DNA of 64,000 bases from Octopus sinensis (taxonomy: Eukaryota). Made by a program: the position numbers and the translations under genes. Location: NCBI RefSeq assembly GCF_006345805.1, contig NC_043026.1:13247579-13311578 (forward strand), in the 5' to 3' direction. The notes beneath the pieces are model-generated. The model was given only the letters and a program-made list of their open reading frames with translations, had not been told where the DNA came from and ran no database searches. This document shows positions 13,077 through 25,877 of this stretch, piece by piece (position 1 is the stretch's first letter; each line of letters opens with the position of its first letter).

Positions 13077-13340
13077 ACCTCTTTTTTTTTCAGCACCTTC
13101 CGGAGTATTCGGGCGGTTCCAAGCAATGCTGTTTTCTGCAAGTGCTCCACCCTTATTGCAGCCCCTATTTGTTCCACGAATTCCTCGAGATTTTTGCTCA
13201 CTGTTTCCAGGGCTCCGACAATTATTGGTACTACTGCTATCTTTTTCATCGACCACAACTGCTTAAACGTCCCAAGCTAACCTGTCATATCTCTCGACTT
13301 ATCGCATACCTTGGTGTCAGCTGGGCTTGCTATATCGATT
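13077..13340 (-). mobile_element. R4/Dong-like non-LTR retrotransposon C-terminal (restriction-like endonuclease) fragment
   Basis: IDIASPADTKVCDK...RYDRLAWDV.QLWSMKKIAVVPIIVGAL...LQKTALLGTARILRKVL. Confidence 0.7.
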
Positions 13341-13453
13341 AGGACAATGATGAAGATGATGATGTATAAAGAATAATACTGAATCTGTTGCAATTTTTGA
13401 TAGACAAAATTTTATTTTTTTCCTACACAAAAATATAAGCAATGTCTGTGCTA

Positions 13454-13805
13454 TAATAATAATAATAATGAAATTATTGTATACAGTGCTCAGGTGCACC
13501 ACAACTTGTCAGAAAGTGCATATAAAGTACATGCAGTAATGTAGAAATGTCTGGAAAGTGAACATGCTTGTGTGTGTATCAAGTGTAGTGTTGGTGAATC
13601 TCAGGAAGCATGGAAGTTTTGAAGGATGCAGTGCTCCGACAACTAACAACTGATGCCGGCAGTTTGTTCCACGCTTCAGCAACTCTCAGCGTGAAAAAAT
13701 GTTTCCTGAAGTCATGGGAGCTGTGCTGTTTTCTTACTTTGTAAATATGTCCACGGGTGTTAGATGGGTGGAGTTTGAAGAGGTGCTCAGAGTTATTGTT
13801 TGAAT
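13454..13805 (-). mobile_element. CR1-clade LINE 3' end
   Basis: TRGHIYKVRKQHSSHDFRKHFFTLRVAEAWNKLP; (ATT)n tail; empty paralogous site near 19710. Confidence 0.82.
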
Positions 13806-13999
13806 GTCAAAATGGCAAAAGAGTTTAAATGTTATTGTTACAACAGTGAGAAACTTAAGTGTTAGTCGTGTTGCTGATCGTTCATAAACTTAGGATCCAA
13901 AGCAGCAGAAGTAGGGTTGCATCTTCTGTCGACAGTAATTTTATGTATATTTCTGGTGTCACATAAGAAAAAGCACCCGTGCTGGTGCCACATAGCACC

Positions 14000-14258
14000 C
14001 CTTCAGGGTTGGCAAAAACGATGTGGTGGACAACGAAAAAAACTGGCTGATGACAGTCAAGGCTGATCTGGAACCCAACCTAGGCCCCCATATCTTTGGC
14101 GTTCGCTGCTGGAATAAGGAGTGGTTGGAAATCATGCGGTCATTAGCCTCAAATTGCCAGGCCTGGTCGGCGTTTCTGAGAAATGCAGCATTGAGGATGA
14201 ATGAAGCCAGCTCAACCCACCCCGGGTGAATGCTGTCTCAAGTCAAAAAAGTCATATA
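14000..14258 (+). mobile_element. RTE-clade LINE ORF C-terminus and tail
   Basis: GGQRKNWLMTVKADLEP...GVRCWNKEWLEIMRSLASN.QAW; short AAGTC-type tail. Confidence 0.55.
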
Positions 14259-14992
14259 ACACCCTGGTGCTGTGTAATATGTCCAGTGCACTCTGTAAAG
14301 TGGTTACCATCATGAAGGGCATCCAGTTTGTGCAAACGGTGAGGCTGATGTCATTAGGGACCCAATATGAACCGATTGCAGGCATGTGATGCTGACAGAT
14401 TCTTGTTTGACAAAGAACAACAAAGAGAAAAAGACAAGAATTTCTGGGTTTGTTGGTTGGTATCATCCAGTCATAAGAACTGAGCGAAAAACAGACATGG
14501 AGTCTGGGCATCTTTTCAGATGGCCAGTTGCTATCAAACCCACCGACCCATGCTGGCATTGAAAACGGACGTTAAATGATGATGTTAGCAATGAATGTGT
14601 TTGCTAAGCATCTCTAGGAATGTTGAGCAAGTGCTGGGTGCTTAAATGTGAATGTATGGATGTTGAAATGTGTGACATGTAAAGATGTTCAGGTGTATGC
14701 GTGTGTGAGCAGAAAGAAAGTGAAACTAGTAAGACAGAAAAACAATCATCTTGAGAAGACCATGGCCATCCATACATACAGGCATGTCCTTTATGAACAC
14801 ACACCCTATTTTCCTTTTACACATGGCTTAAACCTTTTGATATCAATCTCCCTGAAACTGCCATTGCGTCTATGATACAAAAACCCCAGTTCTAAAGAGA
14901 TCTAAATTAAGACTGTTGCAAAGGTTGCAAGACGCAACGAAAATTTTAGGAAAATAAAAATAAGAAACAAGTGGAAATTTTACCGGTGAGTG

Positions 14993-15343
14993 TGTCGATT
15001 ACATCGACCCCAGTGCGTGACTGGTACTTTATTTAACGACCCCAAAAGGATGAAAGGCTAAGTCGACCTCGGCGGAATTTGAACTCAGAACATAACAGCA
15101 CATCCAAACATATGTTTCTTTATTACCCACAAGGGGCTAAACACAGAGGGGACAAACAAGGACAGACATGGGTATTAAGTCGATTACATCGACCTCAGTG
15201 CGTAACTGGTGCTTATTTAATCGACCCCGAAAGGATGAAAGGCAAAGTCGACCTCGGTGGAATTTGAACTCAGAACGTAACCGCAGACGAAATACCACTA
15301 AGCATTTCGCCTGGCGTGCTAACGTTGCTGCCAGCTCTCCGCC
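14993..15343 (-). mobile_element. SINE family 2 dimer
   Basis: Two body units with the head at the right end. Confidence 0.8.
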
Positions 15344-15683
15344 CACTCCAGCTAAGGTCTTTGATCTTGCATGTGCATGTAAAATGTTCGTGTGCTGGTG
15401 CTGCATGGATGCACCAATGCTGATGGCATGTAAAAAGGACCCAGAACAATTTGTTAAATGGTTGCTGTTAGGAAGGGCATCCAGCCATAGAAACCATGGC
15501 AAAGCAGACAATTGGGGCCTGGATGGCGCTCCATCTGGTCAGCTCCTGTCAAACTGTCCAACCCATGCCAGCATATGTGACTGTGAATATGAACACTAGA
15601 ACGGTTTTTCTCAAGCGTGGATTCCTAAGTGCTTTTTTTTAATCATTTTTTGATCCAAAATATTTTCCACAGATTTCAAAGTT

Positions 15684-16925
15684 TCATGGTTTTATTGCCC
15701 TGTGTATTCTTTGGTGAATAGCAAGACTTGATCTCCCAGGAAACGAATTACCACATGTTTTACACATGAAGCGTTTATCCCCGATATGTGTCCTTTTGTG
15801 ACCTGCAAGATTAGAACTATCAGAGAAACGTTTTCCACATGTCTCACAACGGAAGGGTTTCTCCCCACTATGGATTCGTTTGTGTCTCTCCAAATTAGGA
15901 TTAGTTAGAAACGACTGCCCACACGTTTCACAACGATAGGGCCTTTCTCCTGTGTGTATGCGCCGGTGAGCTCTTAAGTTACTATTAGAAGCGAAATACT
16001 TATCACATATTTCACACCGATACGGTTTTTCCCCAGTATGTTTCCGTTGGTGATCTACAAGACTGGAATTCTCACTGAAAGATTTCCCACAAATTTTACA
16101 GCAGAATGGTCGTTCTCCAGTATGAGTCCTAATGTGTGATTTTAAGTGGCTGCTAACGGTAAAAGATTTGCCACAGAGATCACAGGTGAAGGGTTTCTCT
16201 CCCGTATGTACCCTCACGTGGTTTTTCAAATCAGATTTGACCACAAAAGTTTTCCCACATATATCACAGTGAAAAGGCCTTTCCCCACTGTGTATTCGTC
16301 GATGAGGTATAAGGGTAGAACGTTGAGAGAATGATTTACCACAAGTTTCACAACGATACTGTTTTTCACCCGTGTGGATTCTTTGATGAGCTACAAAAGT
16401 AAAACGATGACAGAATGACTTCTTACATATTTCACAATGATACCGTTTTTCACCCGTATGAATTCTAACGTGAACTACAAGATTATATTCATCAAAGAAT
16501 GCTTTGTCACACGTTTCACAACGATACTTTTTTTCCGAGATATGTATTCGTTTGTGCTTTGTTAAATAACTTTTACAGACGAATGATTTCTCACATAATT
16601 CACACTGATATGGTTTTTCTTCACTGTGTAATTTTTTGTGTTTTCTTAAAGCATGCTTAGTAGCAAAATCTTTCTCACACGTTTCACATCGATATAGTTT
16701 CTCTGTTTTGTGTATTTCTCTGTGCGTTAAAACTTCCTGTTCTGAAGAGAATGTTTTCCTACAAATCTCACAGCGATATTCAGGAATATTCCTTTTATCT
16801 AATAACCTTTCTTTAGATTCATTAATTAAAGGCTTTTCGTCGCTGAATGTCCGTGTAACTGTTTCTGTGTCGGTCTGAACAGTCGGGTTAGAAGTGTTCA
16901 ACCGATTAATGTCCTGCATTTTCAT
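15684..16925 (-). CDS. C2H2 zinc-finger protein, family A copy 1 (413 aa, 13 fingers)
   Basis: Intact ORF with 13 fingers and TGE(K/R)P-type linkers; ~50-aa N-terminus shared with four paralogs. Confidence 0.93.
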   Translation of the reverse strand: MKMQDINRLNTSNPTVQTDTETVTRTFSDEKPLINESKERLLDKRNIPEYRCEICRKTFSSEQEVLTHREIHKTEKLYRCETCEKDFATKHALRKHKKLHSEEKPYQCELCEKSFVCKSYLTKHKRIHISEKKYRCETCDKAFFDEYNLVVHVRIHTGEKRYHCEICKKSFCHRFTFVAHQRIHTGEKQYRCETCGKSFSQRSTLIPHRRIHSGERPFHCDICGKTFVVKSDLKNHVRVHTGEKPFTCDLCGKSFTVSSHLKSHIRTHTGERPFCCKICGKSFSENSSLVDHQRKHTGEKPYRCEICDKYFASNSNLRAHRRIHTGERPYRCETCGQSFLTNPNLERHKRIHSGEKPFRCETCGKRFSDSSNLAGHKRTHIGDKRFMCKTCGNSFPGRSSLAIHQRIHRAIKP

Positions 16926-17788
16926 TCTTCAGAATTCCGGAATATATTAATATATAACGATCCAGTTCCTTGTCTTGAATCTCATAAGAATTTTGATAAC
17001 GTTTGTGGAAAATATGCAATGCAGATATATATTCTATTCGCTACGAAAATGCAGATTGTCAACTGGGTCGTCTCTTTTCTCCTTTAAGAGATGTGGCTAT
17101 AGTTTAATAAAGGCAAAAACGATTTTAGAGAGAGATCATAAATGACAGGTAACACAACTTCAGGTGAACATTTTGTTTTTTCTCACAGCTTATAACAAAA
17201 CAATCCCTTAGCATAATAGTAAATCATTGAAAGACAGGGCGATGCAATTTTCCACTAACGATTGTAAGGTGCGCGCAATGATATTCCGAATGAGTTACAA
17301 ACAATCGACGATGTAACTTCATTTATGATGGAATTAATTAATGATGAAGGTGATAGAACACTGACCCTGAAACATGTAGGCAATCGGATGTCGTCCACAA
17401 ACATTAATGTGTCCTCGTAATATAATTATTACACATTATAACAATTAAATTGCCGAAACGATGGATTTATCGGTGACATAGGTCAGAAGTCCCCAACAAA
17501 ATTTAGTACATTCAAAAATGCCGTTCTTTCAAATGATCCAACCCGTTGTTAATCAAAAGGCATTTGCCAGCAAAATAATTATTTCTTATCAACGAAATAG
17601 TCTCTTCGTGCTCCTTCAATCTGCGACAAACAGCAACCGAATTTGCCTCAAATCATGAATCCAAAGCTAAAATCTACGTGTTTAAAAGTGAAAACAAACT
17701 TAACGGCCCAATTAATGTTTCTTTTAGTTTAATGTAAGTTATTAAACAAAACGTTGTTTTTGTTTCCTATACATGGAATAACACCATC
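16926..17788 (-). promoter_or_regulatory. Conserved upstream block of family A genes (also 21224-21820, 30898-31505, 39239-39970, 39983-40852)
   Basis: Near-identical 600-860 bp non-repeat sequence 5' of all five ATGs; contains a TGCGCGCA palindrome (17270-17277). Confidence 0.5.
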
Positions 17789-17790
17789 AT

Positions 17791-17924
17791 GGCAATCTTT
17801 CGGTATTGGTAAACAATATCAGTCACCCACTCAAAGGGGCTTTTTTCGTCTCGTTTTTTTTTTTCTTCACTTTCTCAGCGTCCTGGTATTAAAAAAACCT
17901 ATGAACAGAGCCCGAAAGATTGCT
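17791..17924. mobile_element. Degenerate Merlin-like mini-element beside the family A upstream block
   Basis: Left end GGCAATCTTTCGGTATTGGTA matches the type-2 TIR at 18/21 positions; right end CCGAAAGATTGCT; related ends at 11686, 44978 and 44981. Confidence 0.55.
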
Positions 17925-18181
17925 TGGAGATACATAGCATGTTTCATAAATCTGCCAGTTTAAAGTATAGTTAAGCATATACCTTTTAAAGTAGCTCTTT
18001 CGTAATTCTATGTTAAATTAATATAATGTGGATGTACAAATTTTACATATTTTATACTAACATATAAAAATATGTACAAAACTGATTAATACGATTAATA
18101 GCCAGGCTAGCAAGAAGCTGAAGGGTGTGTGTTTTTCTTGGCTAAACTGGCAACATGACCATCCGAAATACAACAATATCT

Positions 18182-18553
18182 AGAGGCGCAATGGCCCAGT
18201 GGTTAGGGCAGCGGACTCGCGGTTTCGATTCCCAGACCGGGCGTTGTGAGTGTTTATTGAGCGAAAACACCTAAAGTTCCACGAGGCTCTGGCAGGTTGT
18301 GGGGTGGCGAACCCTGCTGTACTCTCTCACTACAACTTTTTCTCACTCTTACTTCCTGTTTCTGTTGTACCTGTATTTCAAAGGGCCGGCCTTGTCACTC
18401 TCTGTGTCACGCTGAATATCCCCGAGAACTACGTTAAGGGTGCACGTGTCTGTGGAGTGCTCAGCCACTTACACGTTAATTTCACGAGCAGGCTGTTCCG
18501 TTGATTCGGATCAACCGGAACCCTCGACGTCGTAACCGACGGAGTGCTTCTTC
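18182..18553 (+). mobile_element. SINE family 1, full length, deleted-head subfamily
   Basis: 13-bp TSD TACAACAATATCT (18169-18181, 18554-18566); empty paralogous site at 44583-44595. Confidence 0.9.
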
Positions 18554-19221
18554 TACAACAATATCTGTTTCAACACACGATTTCACATAAAAAATCTTGC
18601 ACAACAAATAAATAAACGTAAGATTAAATCATTTAGCAATTAAACTGGACGTATCTAGCCAAAACATTCTTCTTAGTTTATGTTCAAACTGGTCAGGTCT
18701 GGCCTCTCATACCTATCATACAATGTCTTTCTAAAAATTTAGTTTCCTCATCAAAATCTCAAAGCTACAGGATACGCAGGATTAATACAAAACAATGTGG
18801 ATGAATCTGCATTACTTTTGAAAGAATTATGTGAATGCAAAAGATTTAAATAAAAAATTGAAACTTGTTCAACTCAGTTTTGTGTAAAAGTTTAATATTT
18901 AAGTAATTTGCTATTAACTCTTTTGTTACTATATGAAACCAACGGCTAAAAATTCTCTGAAGCAGCAACCCTCCTGATTTTATCAATGAGCCACCATTGC
19001 CTGGTGAAAAGGATTAGCCTGCAACAGTCCTGTGCTGGTGCCATGTAAACGTGTCCATGCCATTGCCACATTAAAAGCACCCAATACACTTTGTGAAGTG
19101 GTTGGCATTAGGAAGGGCATCCAGCCATAGAAACCAAGCCAAATCAGAGTGGAACCTGGTGCAGCTCTCTAGCTTCAGCCAACCAATCCGACCCATGCCA
19201 GCATGGATAACAGATCTTTAT

Positions 19222-19590
19222 CTTCTCTTTTACTTGTTTCAGTCAGTTGACTGCGGCCATGCTGGAGCACCGTCTTTAGTCGAGCAACTCGACCCCGGGA
19301 CTTATTCTTTGTAAGCACAGTACTTATTCTATCGGTCTCTTTTGCCGAACCGCTAAGTGATGGGGACGTAAACACACCAGCATCGGTTGACATGCAATGC
19401 TAGGGGGACAAACACAGACACACACACATACATATATACGACGGGCTTCTTTCAGTTTCCGTCTACCAAATCCAAGGCTTTGGTCGGCTCGAGGCTATAG
19501 TAGAAGACACTTGCCCAAGCTACCACACAGTGGGACTGAACCCGGAACCATGTGATTGGTAAGCAAGCTACTTACCACACAGCCACTACT
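19222..19590 (-). mobile_element. SINE family 3
   Basis: Full family structure; mirrored in the inverted duplicate at 43565-43940; absent from the paralog near 13075. Confidence 0.85.
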
Positions 19591-20065
19591 ATGCCTATGT
19601 CAAAGGACAATAATTAAGATGATGATGTATAAAGAATACTGAATCCATTGCAATTTTTGATAGACAAAATTTTATTTTTTTTCTACACAAAAATATAAGC
19701 AATGTCTGTGCAATGAATGACAAAATGTCAAAAGAGTTGAAATGTTATTGTTACAACAGTGAGAAAGTGAAATGAGAGTCGTTGTGTTGCCGTTGCTGAT
19801 CGTTCATTGTGGTTGTTGTCAGCATCTGTCTATGGATACTCATTGCCTCATCTCTGCTGTCTTTCACTGTTCTCTCTGCTCTAACCCAATGCTCTCTGTC
19901 AAGTAGCCGTGCTGCATTTATATTGATGGTTAGGCTCAGAAACAAGCCTTTCTCTAATGTGACTGTGAATATGAACACTAGAACGGTTTTTCTCAAGCGT
20001 GGATTCCTAAGTGCTTTTTTTTAATCATTTTTTGATCCAAAATATTTTCCACAGATTTCAAAGTT

Positions 20066-21223
20066 TCATGGTTTTATTGCACTGTGTATTCTTTGGTGAA
20101 TAGCAAGACTTGATCTCCCAGGAAACGAATTACCACATGTTTTACACATGAAGCGTTTATCCCCAGTATGAATCCTCTTGTGAACTATAAGATTAGAACT
20201 ATCAGAGAACCATTTACCACATGTCTCACAACGGAAGGGTTTCTCCCCACTATGGATTCGTTTGTGAGTCTTTAAATGGGAATTATTTTTGAATGACTGC
20301 CCACACGTTTCACAACGATAGGGCCTTTCTCCTGTGTGTATGCGCCTGTGTGCTGTTAAGTTACCATTAGAAGCGAAATACTTATCACATATTTCACACC
20401 GATAAGGTTTTTCCCCAGTATGTTTTCCTTGGTGAACCACGAGGCTGGAATTCTCACTGAAAGATTTCCCACAAATTTTACAGCGGAATGGTCGTTCTCC
20501 AGTATGAGTCCTTCTGTGGGATTTTAAGTGGCTGCTAACGGTAAAAGATTTCCCACAGAGATCACAGGTGTAGGGTTTCTCACCCGTATGTACCCTCACG
20601 TGGTTTGTTAAATCACATTTGATCACAAAACTTTTCCCACATATATCACAGTGAAAAGGCCTTTCCCCACTGTGTATTCGTTGATGGGGTATAAGTGTAG
20701 AACGATGACAGAAAGATTTACCACATATTTCACAGTGATACCGTTTTTCTCCCGTGTGGATTCTTACGTGAACTACAAGATCATATTCATCAAAGAAAGC
20801 TTTCTCACACGTTTCACAACGATACTTTTTTTCCGCGGTATGTATTCGTTTGTGCTTTGTTAAATAACTTTTACAGACGAATGATTTCTCACATAATTCA
20901 CACTGATATGGTTTTTCTTCACTGTGTAATTTTTTGTGTTTCCTTAAATAACGATTAGAAGCAAAATCTTTCTCACACGTTTCACATCGATATAGTTTCT
21001 CTGTTTTGTGTATTTCTCTGTGCGTTAAAACTTCATGTTCTGAAGAGAATGTTTTCCTACAAATCTCACAGCGATATTCAAGAATATTCCTTTTATCTAA
21101 TAACCTTTCTTTAGATTCATTAATTAAAGGCTTTTCGTCGCTGAATGTCCGTGTAACTGTTTCTGTATCGGTCTGAACAGTCGGGTTAGAATTGTTCAAC
21201 CGATTAATGTCCTGCATTTTCAT
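20066..21223 (-). CDS. C2H2 zinc-finger protein, family A copy 2 (385 aa, 12 fingers)
   Basis: Intact ORF, exactly 28 aa (one finger) shorter than copy 1; hybrid finger CHRSTLIP. Confidence 0.93.
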   Translation of the reverse strand: MKMQDINRLNNSNPTVQTDTETVTRTFSDEKPLINESKERLLDKRNILEYRCEICRKTFSSEHEVLTHREIHKTEKLYRCETCEKDFASNRYLRKHKKLHSEEKPYQCELCEKSFVCKSYLTKHKRIHTAEKKYRCETCEKAFFDEYDLVVHVRIHTGEKRYHCEICGKSFCHRSTLIPHQRIHSGERPFHCDICGKSFVIKCDLTNHVRVHTGEKPYTCDLCGKSFTVSSHLKSHRRTHTGERPFRCKICGKSFSENSSLVVHQGKHTGEKPYRCEICDKYFASNGNLTAHRRIHTGERPYRCETCGQSFKNNSHLKTHKRIHSGEKPFRCETCGKWFSDSSNLIVHKRIHTGDKRFMCKTCGNSFPGRSSLAIHQRIHSAIKP

Positions 21224-22530
21224 TCTTCAGAATTCAGGAATATATTAATATATAACGATCCAGTTCCTTGTCTTGAATCTCATAAGAATTTTGATAACGT
21301 TTGTGGAAAATATGCAATGCAGATATATATTCTATTCGCTACGAAAATGCAGATTGTCAACTGGGTCGTCTCTTTTCTCCTTTAAGAGATGGGATATAGT
21401 TTAATAAAGGCAAAAACGATTTTAGAGAGAGATCATAAATGACAGGTAACAGAACTTCGGGTGAACATTTTGTTTTTTCTCGCAGCTTATAACAAAACAA
21501 TCCCTTAGCATAATAGTAAATCATTGAAAGACAGGGCGATGCAATTTTCCACTAACGATTGTAAGGTGCGCGCAATGATATTCCGAATGAGTTACAAACA
21601 ATCGACGATGTAACTTCATTTATGATGGAATTAATTAATGATGAAGGTGATAGAACACTGACCCTGAAACATGTAGGCAATCGGATGTCGTCCACAAACA
21701 TTAATATGTCCTCTTAATATAATTATTACACATTATAACAATTAAATTGCCGAAACGATGGATTTATCGGTGACATAGGTTAAAAGTCCCCAACAAAAAT
21801 TAGTACATTCAGAAATGCCGTTCTTTGGCGTTCATCAGTTTGGGGTTGATTAAATGAGTACCAATTAAAAACAGATGTTGATGTAATCTAATTACCCGCT
21901 GTCCTGAAATTTCTGGCTTTGTGGCAAAATTTGAAATCAAATATTAACACACTTCTGTTTTTATGATATAAGGTAAAACGTAAAGGCAAATAGGAAAAAA
22001 ATCTAGCTAGAAGTTCAAAAAAATACTCTCATTTAATATCTCAGAAGATTGAATTGATTCAATCAACTTAGTCTATGACAAATGCTCTAAAATACTTTTA
22101 TTTCAGTCCTTTAGCATTCAAAAGTAATGCTTATTTATTCATATTGTTTGAATTAATCATGCATTATCTCTGTTACGATATAGGTATACACGTCTGGTGT
22201 AAATTGGTATTACATAAATAAATACTTGGTTGTGGTTATCTAACAATAACGTATCGCAGAAATATATATTAACACAGAACGCATTCCGTATTACTCACGT
22301 GTAGGTATGATACTCAGTATTTACTGTTCAACTACCGACTGCTAAATCATCACATATCGAACTAACACCCATTTCTTTATTTTGTGCATCAGGACAAGTG
22401 AGGCCATAACTTGTGGCCTCTACATGGGATGTAGCCAGCCCACTTATGCATACGTTTCTTCCTTGGGACACAAAACTCTGCTTGCGAGTACCTGTTGAGG
22501 CAAGTGAAATCAGAATTGAAATCGAAATTT

Positions 22531-22879
22531 CGTTTGCCACAGTAAGCAGGCAATCTTCCTCTGTATGGTAGAGGATGGCTGCCACCTGCCATGCCTCGTC
22601 AATTTCAAGGGGCAGTCTACCTATCCTTACTCTGGGCGCTCGTTTGCCACAGTAAGCAGGCAATCTTCCTCTGTATGGTAGAGGATGGCTGCCACCTGCC
22701 ATGCCTCGTCAATTTCAAGGGGCAGTCTACCTATCCTTACTCTGGGCGCTCGTTTGCCACAGTAAGCAGGCAATCTTCCTCTGTATGGTAAAGGATAGCT
22801 GCCACCTGCCATGCCTCGTCAATTTCAAGGGGCAATCTACCTATCCTTACTGTGGGCGCTCGTTTGCCACAGTAAGTAG
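22531..22879. repeat. 110-bp tandem repeat (3 units plus a partial); 2 units at 33277-33496
   Basis: Unit CGTTTGCCACAGTAAGCAGGC...CTGGGCGCT recurs at 22531, 22641 and 22751. Confidence 0.9.
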
Positions 22880-23360
22880 GCAGTGGTGCCCACTCAGCCG
22901 ATTTCAAGGCCACAGTGGAGTATTTATTTATTTGCTTCATTTTCGTTTACAAAGCACACCTCCACCATGCCGAATTTCCGCCCTCTGGTGTAGAACGTGG
23001 TACAGACCTTCACCTCACTCAAACACTCTTTTACTGCTTCTGTCCTTGCTGTTTCTACTTTCTTTGTTGCTATGTTTAACGTTCTGTAGATAATAGTTCT
23101 TTTCTCGATATTCTCAATAACCAAATTTGGGAGGCGTCAGCCTAAGACAGTCTCCCTCCTTTTGCAACAAACTGTTATACTTCTTGAGATTCTTATCTTT
23201 AACTTCTTATTCCACGGACTTGCAGTAGCTCCGCTGACAGGCTTTTGCCAGTCGCTGCAGCATAACTGCCCGCTTCTACTGGTCTATTTTCCATGTTATT
23301 TACAACTTCACCCATAAATGGAGAAGACAAATAAAAATTCCAACAAATTCATCAGGTTAA
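22531..23360 (-). mobile_element. 3'-truncated copy of the ORF1-only element
   Basis: ATG at 23294; collinear with 33277-34340 minus the Helitron. Confidence 0.6.
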
Positions 23361-23363
23361 CAA

Positions 23364-23945
23364 TCATCATCATCGTTTAACGTCCGCTCTCCATGCTAGC
23401 ATGAGTTGGACGATTTGACTGAGGACTGGCAAACCAGATGGCTGCACCAAGCTCCAATCTTGATCTGACAGAGTTTCTACAGCTGGATGCCCTTCCTAAT
23501 GCCAACCACTCCGAGAGTGTAGTGGGTGCTTTTGTATTCCACCAGCACAAGGGTCAGTCAGGCAGTTCTGGCAACGACCTCGCTTGAACCCTTTTACACA
23601 TGCCCCCAGTACAGGTGTCAGTAAGGTGACATTGGTAATGATCACGCTCGAATGGTGCCCTTTTACGTCCCACTGACACGGAAGCCAGTTGGCAACGGCC
23701 ACGCTCAAATGGTCTTTTTTTACATGCCACCTGGACAGCAGCCATTCCAGCGGCACTGGCAATGACCTCACTCGAATGTTTATTCACGTGCCACCGGCAC
23801 AAGTGGTAGTGAGGCGATGCTGGTAATGATCACGCTTGAATGGTGCTTTTCACGTGCCACCGGCATAGAAGCCACTTAGCCACACTAGCAACGACCACGC
23901 TCGGATGGTGCTCTTAGCGCTCCACTAGCACGGATGCCAGTCATC
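23364..23945 (-). mobile_element. Family C copy with about 7 degenerate internal ~60-bp subunits
   Basis: Repeated TGGTGC..TTTTACGTGCCAC-like units after the core. Confidence 0.75.
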
Positions 23946-24132
23946 GAATAAGAATTACAGTACTCACATTTTCCAATTTACTCAAATACAACGACGACGT
24001 CAAACTATCACCTGTCAACTATTCCCATGACAGTTCTCTCAGCCCTAAGGCAGCAAGCTGGCAGAAACGTTAGCACGCCAGGCGAAAGGCTGAGCATGAC
24101 TAATTCAAAACAATGTGACATTTACGGTATAT

Positions 24133-24520
24133 AGGCGCAGGAGTGGCTGTGTGGTAAGTAGCTTGTCTACCAACCACATGGTTCCGGGTTCAGTCCCACT
24201 GCGTGGCATCTTGGGCAAGTGTCTTCTGCTATAGCCCCGGGCCGACCAATGCCTTGTGAGTGGATTTGGTAGACGGACACTGAAAGAAGCCTGTCGTATA
24301 TATGTATATGTATATGTGTGTGTATGTGTTTGTCCCCCTAGCATTGCTTGACAACCGATGCTGATGTGTTTGCGTCCCTGTCACTTAGCGGTTCGGCAAA
24401 AGAGACCGATAGAATAAGTACTGGGCTTACAAAGAATAAGTCCCGGGGTCGATTTGCTCGACTAAAGGCGGTGCTCCAGCATGGCCGCAGTCAAATGACT
24501 GAAACAAGTAAAAGAGAGAG
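24133..24520 (+). mobile_element. SINE family 3
   Basis: Full family structure. Confidence 0.85.
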
Positions 24521-24582
24521 AGTATCTAAAGATGGCTATAGAGAGTGTAACTCTTTAACATTCAGATTCTTGTGTGAAATGT

Positions 24583-24896
24583 AACGTTGAATCCAGCAAA
24601 GTCCATCTTCTCACCCCTACCATACATCAATGGAAATTGTAGTTGTGATACCAGTGCGGGTGGCACATAAATGAACCATCCAAACATGGCTGTTGCCAGC
24701 GCCGACCCGACTGGCCTCCGTGCCGGTGGCACGTAAAAAGCACCCTCTATGCTCATGGAGTGGTTGGCGTTAGGAAGGGCATCCAGCTGTAGAAACACTG
24801 CCAGATCAGACTGGAGCCTGGTGCAGCCTTCTGGCTTCCTAGACCCCAGTTGAACCGTCCAACCCATGCTAGCATGGAAAGTGGATGATGATGATG
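24583..24896 (+). mobile_element. Family C fragment
   Basis: Family core and (GAT)n tail. Confidence 0.75.
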
Positions 24897-25330
24897 AAAC
24901 AATACACTGTTTATTAAACTCACAATGGAAGTGCAAATAAAGTTATCATCTACTCTTGAATTTCAGCCGCTTGTTTTGTTGTAGTATATAATATTCTTAA
25001 GTAAGCAAAGCACCCATTACACTCTCGGAATGGTTGGCATTAGGAAGGACATCCAGTTGTAGAAAAAACAATGCTAAACCGACTGGAGTGTGGTGCAGCC
25101 TTCCAGTGTGTCAGCCCGGTCAAACTGTCCAACCCCCATATCAGCATGGACAATGAATGTTAAATGATGGTGACGATGATGATGATAATGAATTGTTAAC
25201 ATCTCAGACAACATTTTCATTGATCATGACACTTATAAAACCATCCCCTTTTTCCAAGCAACCTTTTACTGCACAAGCAATATATATATATATATATCAT
25301 CATCATCATCGTTTGATATATATATATATG

Positions 25331-25567
25331 TGCTTTATTTAAAAGCAGCAGATTCAACAAAACCTGTTACTTGGAGTTTCACGTTCCCGTTCGTCGGACA
25401 GTTTTGTCAAAATTTTAACAAAAATGTCCGACGAACGGCAACGTGAAACTCCGAGTAACAGGTTTTGTTGAATTTCTGCTGCTTTTAAATGAAGCATATT
25501 ACTCTACCCCTGGTATTTGAGTGCTCTTTTTTTCCTCCTTGTTTCACATTTATGTGTTTACTCCGGT
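25331..25567. mobile_element. Fold-back Penelope-like fragment in a (TA)n tract, with variant hammerhead motifs
   Basis: ~70-bp inverted arms 25331-25400 / 25425-25497; each arm reads CCGACGA-ACG-GNRA-CGT-GAAAC...GTA. Confidence 0.5.
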
Positions 25568-25877
25568 ATATATATATAATAGAAATATGTTACAAAAAGA
25601 AAATAGAGACTACACGTGGTAATGTAAGGGGAAAGTAAGAAAAATAGACGAAAATGCACATTGTAAATCAAAAAAGTGAAGGGTTTTTATGAAAAGTAAG
25701 GAAAGATATATACAATTAGATGAACTGTGGTAGGAATAAAAGCAATAAAAGTCATTATTGTGAAATTATTAAAGAGATTGAACCATACCGGTTTCGTAAA
25801 TTACTCATTATTGCTTTGAATACAATTCATTGCTTTGAATGCACACCAATTAAATATATATATATATATATATATAT

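Noticed and set aside
18182-18240. tRNA-like sequences at SINE heads (also 60-112, 2869, 29620-29681 and others)
   Set aside because: They run directly into SINE bodies with TSDs, and the cloverleaf is incomplete or deleted, so they are not tRNA genes
22170-22370. Possible solo LTR (TGTTACG start; copy at 32067-32270)
   Set aside because: The second end, PBS/PPT and TSD could not be identified
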